From NCBI GenBank assembly GCA_031414775.1, contig JANOQI010000042.1:32001-96000 (forward strand): a DNA stretch of 64,000 nucleotides. The letters run 5' to 3'. Source of the stretch: Synechococcales cyanobacterium VAR_4_metabat_354 (lineage in GTDB: Bacteria > Cyanobacteriota > Cyanobacteriia > Cyanobacteriales > Chamaesiphonaceae). The translations under genes were made by a program, and so were the position numbers. Of this stretch, positions 56,561-64,000 are shown one piece after another; positions within the stretch are counted from its first letter, which is position 1; every line of letters starts with the position of its first letter. The notes below the pieces were generated by a model, which made no database searches, was not told the DNA's origin, and saw nothing but the letters and a program-made list of their open reading frames with translations.

Positions 56561-56588
56561 AAGCCCCAAACATTAATGTTTGAGGCTT
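56561..56588 (-). terminator. Hairpin terminator after rpsN, between convergent genes
   Basis: Minus strand AAGCCUCAAACA-UUAA-UGUUUGGGGCUU. Confidence 0.7.
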
Positions 56589-56610
56589 CAGCAAATCTAG
56601 GTAGTTCAGT

Positions 56611-56910
56611 CTACCAACTGGATTTGACTACACCAGGCAACAAGCCTTGGTGTGCCCATTCCCGTAGGACGTTCCGGGATAAACCAAAATCACGGTAGTA
56701 ACCTCTAGGTCTACCTGTTACCCAACAACGATTGTGGAGACGAGTGGGTGCGCTATTGCGAGGTAGCTGTTGAATCTTACGATGAACAGTTAGTTTCTGA
56801 TGACTGGGAGCATTCTCAAATTCTTCAATTAAAGCGGCGCGTTTTGCTGCGTACTTTTCTACTAGACGTTCGCGGTTTTTCTCCCGCTCGATCATGCCTT
56901 TCTTTGCCAT
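56611..56910 (-). CDS. rpsN: 30S ribosomal protein S14
   Basis: [47 protein letters not shown]. Confidence 0.98.
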   Translation of the reverse strand: MAKKGMIEREKNRERLVEKYAAKRAALIEEFENAPSHQKLTVHRKIQQLPRNSAPTRLHNRCWVTGRPRGYYRDFGLSRNVLREWAHQGLLPGVVKSSW

Positions 56911-57015
56911 GGTTGTTATTGCTTCAGATGGTAAAACAGTCTCCTTGCATTAGATACAATTGGCGACCAGCTTCCCATCATAGCTCAAAAGCGGTCAACG
57001 AACAAGACTAATCGC

Positions 57016-57294
57016 TTAGACCGAGCGCTGAGTATGACCGTGCGTAGGGCAGGGCGGTGCTGAAACGGATTTATCTAGCCAGCCTGCGGCCTGTTGTAAA
57101 TAGGCCAGCGCATCTGCTGGTCGATCGCTCAACAACAATACCAAGGCAGCTGCGGTCTGTTCCTTAGATCGGATCTGTCGATTAGATTTCAACCGATGCC
57201 AATCACCTTCGGTAATGCGCAGTCGATCGGCGAGTAATTGCGCCAATTCCAAAGTAGTGAGCTGAGAAATATCTGATGCCATAGCAAGATTCAA
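57016..57294 (-). CDS. Conserved cyanobacterial protein (DUF6439-like)
   Basis: LAQ.LA.RL.I...DWHRLK.NR..R..EQ.AAAL..QA.GWL..S.SAPPCPTHG. Confidence 0.75.
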   Translation of the reverse strand: MNLAMASDISQLTTLELAQLLADRLRITEGDWHRLKSNRQIRSKEQTAAALVLLLSDRPADALAYLQQAAGWLDKSVSAPPCPTHGHTQRSV

Positions 57295-57351
57295 TGGTAG
57301 TTTGTGACGAGAATGGTGGAATATTTAGTTTATTGCTAGCTCAATTTCCTG

Positions 57352-57732
57352 ATGCCCATTTCTGCCACTTTGCCAGAAACCACTGATGTTTTCTGGAGCG
57401 ATGTCGCCGCCCTCGAAACCAAAATTGCTGATCTCAAACAGCACTATCAACAAGTTCAAGCCGACGACGCTGCTTGGACAGAACTACAAGCTCGGCAGCA
57501 GGTTGTGCAATCCCGAGGCCAGTCAATGGCTGTTCAGCAAGAACTGCAAGAAATTGCTGATTTAGAACAAGTCCTAGAAGGCCAGCTGCTGAACATCTTA
57601 GAGCAAGTGCTAGAAGGTCATCAGCTGTCTACTAGTTGGCACAACCTATTCCAAGATGTGTTTTGGAATGTGGTGCGTTTTGGTGGAGTTGGGCTACTCA
57701 TGGGCTGGAGCCTCAAAACCTGGCTAGGCTGA
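57352..57732 (+). CDS. Hypothetical coiled-coil protein with C-terminal membrane anchor
   Basis: Gln/Glu heptads; FWNVVRFGGVGLLMGW tail. Confidence 0.75.
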   Translation: MPISATLPETTDVFWSDVAALETKIADLKQHYQQVQADDAAWTELQARQQVVQSRGQSMAVQQELQEIADLEQVLEGQLLNILEQVLEGHQLSTSWHNLFQDVFWNVVRFGGVGLLMGWSLKTWLG

Positions 57733-58440
57733 AGCTTCTGATGGCGGAGTCTCCGATTGCTTAGCCGCTTTTTCCTGTTCCCGTTGCTCGCGCTTCTTGC
57801 GGCCAGCTTCTAGCACATCGGCCATCGCTGCTTCCATCTGAGCCAGCTTGCTTAAGTTGCTGCGGTAGCTATCTAGATCTTTGCCTAACTTGTCGGCGGG
57901 TAGGTGTAACGCTGAAGATAGCTGATCGATCGATTCCTTCCGACCTTCGGTGGTGGTCAACTTCTCGGGAGCAGCACCTTCAATCAGAGTAAACAAACCA
58001 ATGCCAAACAGGCGGCTGTATTTAAACTTAGGATTACCACTGACGGCTTTGATGTTCTGGCTGAGGGCATCAGTAGCATCGCCAGTGGCCATACTAGCCA
58101 GTTTTTCTAGAATATCTTGATCGCCCAGTTGGTCGCTAGTGATGGTCATCGTGCTAGCATCTTGGCGATACTTCTCCACCGAACTATCTACGGCTTGACA
58201 CAGAGCAGAAAAGATCGGTGCCTTGTCTTCCTCGGGGCGATAGTTGGCCATAAACCGATCAAAACTACTGACTACGCCTAGGGCGTAGATTGAGTCGTAG
58301 GTAAAGTCATCATTGACTAGTAGCAGGTGCATTTCCACAATTAATTCTTCTACCACTCGTCGGAAGATGGAATTGATCGGACGAGTGTAAGAATTATAAA
58401 ACTTACGTTTGGTATCAGAAACAGTACTCAGATTGCTCAC
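57724..58440 (-). CDS. psb29: Photosystem II biogenesis protein Psb29/Thf1
   Basis: TVSDTKR.F...TRPINSI.RRVVEEL.VEMHLL, FKYSRLF.IGL, KDLD.YRSNL.K. Confidence 0.96.
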   Translation of the reverse strand: MSNLSTVSDTKRKFYNSYTRPINSIFRRVVEELIVEMHLLLVNDDFTYDSIYALGVVSSFDRFMANYRPEEDKAPIFSALCQAVDSSVEKYRQDASTMTITSDQLGDQDILEKLASMATGDATDALSQNIKAVSGNPKFKYSRLFGIGLFTLIEGAAPEKLTTTEGRKESIDQLSSALHLPADKLGKDLDSYRSNLSKLAQMEAAMADVLEAGRKKREQREQEKAAKQSETPPSEASA

Positions 58441-58616
58441 CGGAACACATTTTTTAAAGTATCAACTCTTCATTATTGACTATTTTTTGATCCAAGGGAT
58501 CAATCAGATGCGATCGAATTTCTGGAAGGCAGTGTTGTAGCGATTTTGGGGTGTTTCAGCACCCTTCACCCAAACTCACGCTAATATTAAGTCTGTATTT
58601 TTTGGTTCAAGCCATC

Positions 58617-59819
58617 ATGAGTCGTGCGAAAAAAGTAGTATTAGCCTATTCTGGTGGGGTCGATACTTCGGTCTGTATCCCTTATCTCAAGCAAGAATGG
58701 GGTGTAGAAGAAGTTATTACCCTCGCGGCCGATTTAGGTCAGGGCGACGAGTTAGAACCAATCCGCCAAAAAGCGCTCACCTCCGGTGCCAGTGTTTCTT
58801 TAGTGGTAGATGGACGTGACGAATTTGTGCGCGACTACGCCTTCCCGGCTCTAATGGCTAACGCTCTCTACGAAAATCGTTATCCCCTCTCTACCGCTTT
58901 AGCCCGGCCGCTAATTGCCAAAATGCTGGTGGAAGCCGCTGAAAAGTATGGTGCTGATGCCGTCGCCCACGGTTGCACCGGCAAAGGCAATGATCAAGTG
59001 CGCTTTGATGTATCGATCGCCGCCCTCAATCCGCAATTAAAAGTTTTAGCCCCCGCCCGCGAATGGGGGATGAGCCGGGAGGAAACCATTGCTTATGGCG
59101 AAAAATGTGGCATTCCCTCGCCCGTGAAAAAGTCTTCACCCTTTAGCGTGGACTTGAATTTGTTGGGGCGCAGTGTAGAAGCCGGTGACTTAGAAAATCC
59201 TTGGCAGGAACCACCCGAAGAAGTATTTGCTTTAACGAAGGCGATCGAGCACACTCCTGACCAGCCCGAATATGTTGAAATTAGCTTTGATCAAGGCGTA
59301 CCAGTTAGTATTAACGGCCAAGCACTAGCTCCAGTAGATTTGATCGTCCAACTCAACCAAATCGTTGGTAATCATGGGATTGGCCGCATTGATATGGTCG
59401 AAAATCGCTTGGTGGGCATCAAGTCTCGGGAAATCTATGAAGTACCGGCTCTCTCTGTCTTGATTCAAGCCCATCGAGATTTGGAAAGCCTCACCCTCAC
59501 GGGCGATGTCAGCCAGTACAAGCGGGGCATTGAAGAAACCTACAGCAAGCTGGTCTATAACGGCTTGTGGTATAGCCCCCTCAAAGCTGCCCTCGATGCT
59601 TTTGTGAGTAATACTCAAGAACGGGTCAGCGGCACAGTGCGGCTGAAGTTGTTTAAAGGAAACGCCATCATTGTGGGTCGGAAGTCCGCTAACAGTCTTT
59701 ATTCCATGGATTTGGCCACCTACGGTGCCGAAGACCAATTCGATCACCGGGCAGCCGAGGGTTTTATCTATGTGTGGGGTCTACCCACCCGCGTCTGGTC
59801 AGAAAAAACCAGGGGCTAA
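58617..59819 (+). CDS. argG: Argininosuccinate synthase
   Basis: [38 protein letters not shown]. Start set at ATG 58617. Confidence 0.97.
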   Translation: MSRAKKVVLAYSGGVDTSVCIPYLKQEWGVEEVITLAADLGQGDELEPIRQKALTSGASVSLVVDGRDEFVRDYAFPALMANALYENRYPLSTALARPLIAKMLVEAAEKYGADAVAHGCTGKGNDQVRFDVSIAALNPQLKVLAPAREWGMSREETIAYGEKCGIPSPVKKSSPFSVDLNLLGRSVEAGDLENPWQEPPEEVFALTKAIEHTPDQPEYVEISFDQGVPVSINGQALAPVDLIVQLNQIVGNHGIGRIDMVENRLVGIKSREIYEVPALSVLIQAHRDLESLTLTGDVSQYKRGIEETYSKLVYNGLWYSPLKAALDAFVSNTQERVSGTVRLKLFKGNAIIVGRKSANSLYSMDLATYGAEDQFDHRAAEGFIYVWGLPTRVWSEKTRG

Positions 59820-59917
59820 CTTGGGGGTTTTGGCGATGGGGGCACAGTGAATATGTTAATCGATCGAATCTCCGCTACTATTTGTAAAAGGCCGGGTCAA
59901 CTTTATCCACTGCTGTC

Positions 59918-60709
59918 ATGTCGCAAAATCCTCCCGATTCATCCACTGACAACAACTCCAAAGACATTCCCAAAGTCGTTGGCGATCATGCCGATCGGCT
60001 AATGGATAGTTTGTTTGCTGACATCGAAGAACTCCTAGGCGGAGATTCTCATTCACAACAGAAGTCTCCATCAACGGCGATCAAATCTGGTCAACAGCCA
60101 GCGCCATCTCCCCATTCCGAACTCCAGCCCGCCGCTCCAGGCTCCAGACCCCAGTATCAGCAACCGGCTCTGGAGTCTAATACGGCCATTAATAATCCAC
60201 CCCAACGGAGGAATTGGAAAAAGATTTTAATTGGATTAAGCTTGGCAGCAATTGCCGCTGGTGGGGGCATCTGGTGGCTAGCAAAAGAACGTAAAATTAA
60301 TATCGACGCCCTGCTGCCCAGTGATGCCAGTAAAGCTGATATCCAATTTGCCGATTACCTGCGCCGCTCTGTCGGCAAAATTGATAGCAGCCGCAATGAA
60401 CAGTCGCCCCCTGCTAACCAAGTCACGATGCCGAACTCACCCAGCGTTCCAGTAGCAACGCCATCCCTCGGCATGAAGCTAGCGACACCAGCCGCGCCAG
60501 TAGCGGCCAGCAGTTTTACTAAGGTAATTAAGAGCAGGCCGCCCACCGTGGAATTTGTGATTGATGGTCAGGTTCAGCAGCTGAACACTGGTGACAAAAT
60601 TGGTAAGAGCGGCTGGACGTTAGGCACCGTAGCGGGTGCCGCCGATAATGAAATTATCATTAAGCGGAATGGTGAACTACGGACACTGAAAGCTGGCCAG
60701 CAATTTTAG
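59918..60709 (+). CDS. Hypothetical single-TM protein with C-terminal PilP/GspC-like beta domain
   Basis: ADRLMD.LF motif, TM helix, F.DYLRRS..KI, F.IDG....GDKIG.SGWTL..V..IIKRNGE.R. Confidence 0.7.
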   Translation: MSQNPPDSSTDNNSKDIPKVVGDHADRLMDSLFADIEELLGGDSHSQQKSPSTAIKSGQQPAPSPHSELQPAAPGSRPQYQQPALESNTAINNPPQRRNWKKILIGLSLAAIAAGGGIWWLAKERKINIDALLPSDASKADIQFADYLRRSVGKIDSSRNEQSPPANQVTMPNSPSVPVATPSLGMKLATPAAPVAASSFTKVIKSRPPTVEFVIDGQVQQLNTGDKIGKSGWTLGTVAGAADNEIIIKRNGELRTLKAGQQF

Positions 60710-60730
60710 ATCGATCGCCGAGGACAGGTC

Positions 60731-61303
60731 ATGGGATTATTCGATGATATGAAGCGTTTTCTAGAGACCCAACTAGACGACTTCATGAGCAAAAATCCAC
60801 ACTTGCAAATTCAGGTGTTGGAAGAGCAGCTTCAGCAGCAAGAAGAAGATAGCCAGACTTTCTTGGTGGAGCTGCGCGGCCAGGAAAAACAGCTGCAAGC
60901 AGAAGTACTGAGCACAGCGCAAGACATCAAAAGCTGGCATGATCGAGTGATTAAGGCTCAGGCTGCTGGTCGCCAAGAATTAGCGACTGCCGCCCAAGAG
61001 CGGGTCGATACACTGCTGCGCCAGGGCAACCAGCTATGGGGCAAAATGCAGAGCATTAAAGATCGCACGACTCAAACCCATAAATTGATTGAAACCATTA
61101 AAGTGCGCCGTCAAGAACTAAAACAAAAAGCAGCAGAGGTGCAGGCAGCGGCTCAAACCACTTCTGCTGCTTGGGAAAGGCCAGTTGATTCCTGGCGATC
61201 GGAGACTAGTCGGAGTGATCCAAGCGATCCTTTAGAAGCTCAATTCTTGCGCTGGGAAGCGGAAGAAGAACTCCAGCAACTCAAAAAAAAATTGGGCAAG
61301 TAG
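60731..61303 (+). CDS. TIGR04376-family (PspA/IM30-like coiled-coil) protein
   Basis: MGLFDD..RFLE..LD.F...NPHL..LEEQL..LLRQGNQLWG..DPLE..F.RWE..EEL..LK. Confidence 0.85.
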   Translation: MGLFDDMKRFLETQLDDFMSKNPHLQIQVLEEQLQQQEEDSQTFLVELRGQEKQLQAEVLSTAQDIKSWHDRVIKAQAAGRQELATAAQERVDTLLRQGNQLWGKMQSIKDRTTQTHKLIETIKVRRQELKQKAAEVQAAAQTTSAAWERPVDSWRSETSRSDPSDPLEAQFLRWEAEEELQQLKKKLGK

Positions 61304-61322
61304 TCTGCAATTCTCCCTAAAT

Positions 61323-61736
61323 CTAAGGCATTCGGTAAGTGAAAAAGCGATCCAATATTCCGATCGTCTCAATCCGGCCAGCAAAATTTAGCTCCGCAAT
61401 GTCGATTTGAGTCGTGTACACGCTGGCAATGCCCAAATCATGCCTGGTGGTACGATCGCCAACCATAGGTCTTAACAACTTTTGAAAGTAGGGTCTACCG
61501 GCGGCCACTAAATTTCGACAGGTAATATTTGCCACTAACGTTCCGATCGTATTTTCACTGGCGCGGCTACACTCCTGTTGTGCCCGCCGCCTAATTTCTT
61601 CGACTAGATAATCTTCGTAAGCAGTGGGGGTCGGGTTGGTGAATATCAGACCGGCAATAATAGAGATCAGACCTAAACTGCTACTAACCAGTAATACTTG
61701 CCACTTTGCCATAAGTTTTGTTGTCGAACTCCGCAC
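61323..61736 (-). CDS. DUF4359-family protein
   Basis: TM then TNP....YE.Y, two Cys, T.R...GIASVY.T, TIGI...F. Confidence 0.8.
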   Translation of the reverse strand: MRSSTTKLMAKWQVLLVSSSLGLISIIAGLIFTNPTPTAYEDYLVEEIRRRAQQECSRASENTIGTLVANITCRNLVAAGRPYFQKLLRPMVGDRTTRHDLGIASVYTTQIDIAELNFAGRIETIGILDRFFTYRMP

Positions 61737-61828
61737 TGCTATATTCTACAGTTTGTTTCCGGCACGGGTGGAAAAACTTCCGTACCTATTGCCATTTTTA
61801 GCAAAGTTGCGTTATTATATTGCTTCGT

Positions 61829-61902
61829 GGCGAGTGTGGCCAAGTGGTTAAGGCAGTGGCTTGTGGTGCCACCATGCGCGGGTTCGAGTCCCGTCATTCG
61901 CC
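61829..61902 (+). tRNA. trnH: tRNA-His(GUG)
   Basis: Encoded G-1; acceptor GCGAGTG/CATTCGC with discriminator C; anticodon arm GTGGC-TT-GTG-GT-GCCAC; GGTTCGAGTCC. Confidence 0.96.
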
Positions 61903-61912
61903 CTCATAAACT

Positions 61913-61948
61913 CAAAAGACCTCTTTTTCTAGAAAAAGAGGTCTTTTG
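61913..61948. terminator. Perfect 36-bp palindrome, probable bidirectional terminator
   Basis: CAAAAGACCTCTTTTTCT-AGAAAAAGAGGTCTTTTG between the tRNA and the convergent che genes. Confidence 0.85.
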
Positions 61949-62132
61949 CTGTAGTTAAAATGGATGAATTACCAGGCGGCAGCCACTTGATCATTAGCCA
62001 GAAAGATTCCGGTAACTTAGAATTATTCAATCAGCGAAGTATCGGATACAGATTTGGGATCGACCAGCGATTCTGCTACCCTGGCGATAAATCTGCATCC
62101 CCAGAGCAATAGCTATATTTAGTTAGGTAGCT

Positions 62133-62546
62133 TTATTTTCTTTTTTTGCTAGCTAAGACTTTGATTTTAGTAACCAAAGCATCTTTGATCTTTTCGTAGT
62201 CTGTAGCAGAGCCACTGTTGGGTTTCGGGAAAAAGTCTAAAGCCCCAGCTTTCATTAGTTCATAGATGTTATCGACATCACTAGGACGGACGGCATTGCT
62301 AATCACTAATACTGGCAGAGGGTTTTGAGCCATCAGTCTTTTGGTGAATTCTAGGCCGTCCATGGTGGGCATTTGTAAATCAGTACAAATAACATCCGGA
62401 TTGGAGCGGGCAATGACGGTCAAAGCTTCGGCACCATCGCGAGCTGTACCAACCACATCTACATCAGGGGAAGAGTTGAGTAAGCGCTCCAAAACTTCCA
62501 AGGCTACTACGGAATCTTCTACTAAAACAACTTTAATGGGGGTCAT
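62133..62546 (-). CDS. Receiver-only response regulator of CheB/WspF N-terminal type
   Basis: VEDS..VVGTA.DG..PDVICTDLQMP.MDGLE..PLPVLVIS..AGALDFFPKP..LV.KIKVLA, then stop; no methylesterase domain. Confidence 0.85.
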   Translation of the reverse strand: MTPIKVVLVEDSVVALEVLERLLNSSPDVDVVGTARDGAEALTVIARSNPDVICTDLQMPTMDGLEFTKRLMAQNPLPVLVISNAVRPSDVDNIYELMKAGALDFFPKPNSGSATDYEKIKDALVTKIKVLASKKRK

Positions 62547-64000
62547 GATATAACTAAGCTCCTGAGGGTATTGATGAGTAATGATTGGTCAAAGTTGCCT
62601 TTGGTGAGGTAAGCATTTGCGCCAGCAGCTAGACCACGCTGTTGATCTTCTGGTTTGGACAGGGTTGTTACTAAAATCACCGGGAGATCGCCATATTCCG
62701 GGATTTCTCGCAAGCGACTGGTTAGCTCTAAGCCGGTCATGTTTGGCATTTCGACATCGGATACTACCGCCGCAAACTCATTGGTTTGCAGTTTATCGAA
62801 ACCATCCAGACCATCGATCGCCGTCGTGACAACATAACCCGCCCCTTCGAGAATACGCTTGACTTGTGTCCGAATCGGAATAGAGTCTTCCACCAGCAAA
62901 ATGTGCGGCGGTGCGATAGTATCCATCGTTAACATGGCACTACGCTCGGTGCTCACCGAGCGTCCACCAGCGGCGCTAAAGAGATCTTGGGGGTTTAGCA
63001 CCATGCAGATTTCTCCGTTTCCCAAAATACTAGCTCCGGAGAGGTTTCGCACATTTTGGAGGAGTTGATTGAGGGCTTTCACCACAATCTGTTGTTGTTC
63101 AAGTAGCTCATCTACTAATATGCCCAAATACTCGCCATCTATTTTGATAAAGACGCAAGGGATCTTACCGGAAACTTGGTTCAGGGATAGGGTGGAGTCC
63201 GGTGAAATTAGCGGTAGCTCTAGTAGATCGGCTAGCCAAGCGACTGATACGCCGCGCTCTTGCCAATGCACGGTCAATTTGCCATCGAGGGTGAAAATAT
63301 CTTCCCGATCGATAAACTGCATGGTTTCGATCGCATCCAAGGCCAGGGCAAAAGGTTGACCATTAACCTGGATAATTAGAGCGTCAACGGTCGCCAAACT
63401 GTTGTTTAGTAAGATGCGGAAGGTACAGCCTTGGCCAGGTTGAGATTCAGTCCGAATGGAGCCTTTGAGCTTTTCGATATTGGCGCGCACTACGTCCATC
63501 CCGACTCCCCGACCCGATATTTCGGTGACAGCGGTGCGGGTCGAAAAACCAGCCACAAAAATCAGTGACTGAACTTGTTCGGGGTTCATCTGATCGAGTT
63601 CAGCAGAGGTATAGAGACCGCGCCGGATGGCAGTGGCACGGATTGCTTCGAGGTCTAAGCCCCGACCATCATCAGTGATGATAATTTCGATTTGATTACC
63701 GCGTTGCAAGCCTTTGAGGGTTAAGCGAGCGGTAGTTGATTTGTCTTGTCGATCGACTGCGGTTTCCAGGCCATGATCGATCGCATTACGCAGAATGTGG
63801 GTGAGGGGATCTTTCAGGGCTTCTAAGATTTGCTTGTCAGCCAAGACCTCCCCGCCTTCGATCATAAAGTCAATATCTTTACCTTGCTGCCGCGCCAAAT
63901 CTCTGACCATGCGCGGAAAGAGCGCAAAAACCGTTTGCAACGGCAACATCCGAATTTGGCGAATGCCATTTTCTAAATCGTTGGCCACTGATTCTAGCCG
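62543..64000 (-). CDS. cheA: Hybrid CheA/WspE-like kinase (HATPase + CheW + receiver), 5' end outside window
   Basis: RM.PL..F.RMVRDLA, HILRNAIDHG, DDGRG, GFST..SGRGVGMDVV, CheW-like P5, receiver VSDVEMP. Frame is open to the window edge. Confidence 0.95.
   Translation of the reverse strand, partial: RLESVANDLENGIRQIRMLPLQTVFALFPRMVRDLARQQGKDIDFMIEGGEVLADKQILEALKDPLTHILRNAIDHGLETAVDRQDKSTTARLTLKGLQRGNQIEIIITDDGRGLDLEAIRATAIRRGLYTSAELDQMNPEQVQSLIFVAGFSTRTAVTEISGRGVGMDVVRANIEKLKGSIRTESQPGQGCTFRILLNNSLATVDALIIQVNGQPFALALDAIETMQFIDREDIFTLDGKLTVHWQERGVSVAWLADLLELPLISPDSTLSLNQVSGKIPCVFIKIDGEYLGILVDELLEQQQIVVKALNQLLQNVRNLSGASILGNGEICMVLNPQDLFSAAGGRSVSTERSAMLTMDTIAPPHILLVEDSIPIRTQVKRILEGAGYVVTTAIDGLDGFDKLQTNEFAAVVSDVEMPNMTGLELTSRLREIPEYGDLPVILVTTLSKPEDQQRGLAAGANAYLTKGNFDQSLLINTLRSLVIS

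Noticed and set aside
56611..56910. Zinc-free S14 outside a ribosomal operon
   Set aside because: Normal for cyanobacteria.
61624..61958. Short + strand ORFs
   Set aside because: They overlap tRNA-His and its terminator.
61960..62132. Possible decayed CheB methylesterase (SKLPESF)
   Set aside because: Similarity too short and no catalytic motif; cannot be supported.

Overview
Chromosomal window from a cyanobacterium (ccmP, psb29, ftrC, cugP, PatA-family regulator, TIGR02652, TIGR04376; CGATCG is very dense, often as TCGATCGA or GCGATCGA rather than only GCGATCGC). It holds about 55 CDSs, mostly housekeeping or signalling, plus tRNA-Ser(CGA) and tRNA-His(GUG). A PBP1A gene is cut by the left edge and a hybrid CheA by the right edge. 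Main candidates for a second look: (1) 9.2-15.0 kb, a duplicated conservon/MglAB-like G-protein module (roadblock - DUF4388/wHTH - small GTPase, twice) with a V4R protein and a third DUF4388 gene, no kinase sensor, a repeated promoter footprint and a hairpin after each roadblock gene; (2) a translationally coupled operon of a HisZ/HisRS hybrid, a long plant-like HisG and a second HisRS of a different sequence class; (3) an intact rolling-circle plasmid Rep lodged in the chromosome next to an unannotated 56-aa peptide ORF; (4) an AAA ATPase paired with a TPR protein whose N-terminus looks like a degenerate NTPase; (5) an internally duplicated LptA, a pseudo-receiver PatA, a receiver-only CheB and several small ORFs missed by the ORF track. 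Family names come from motif recognition only; no database search was run.
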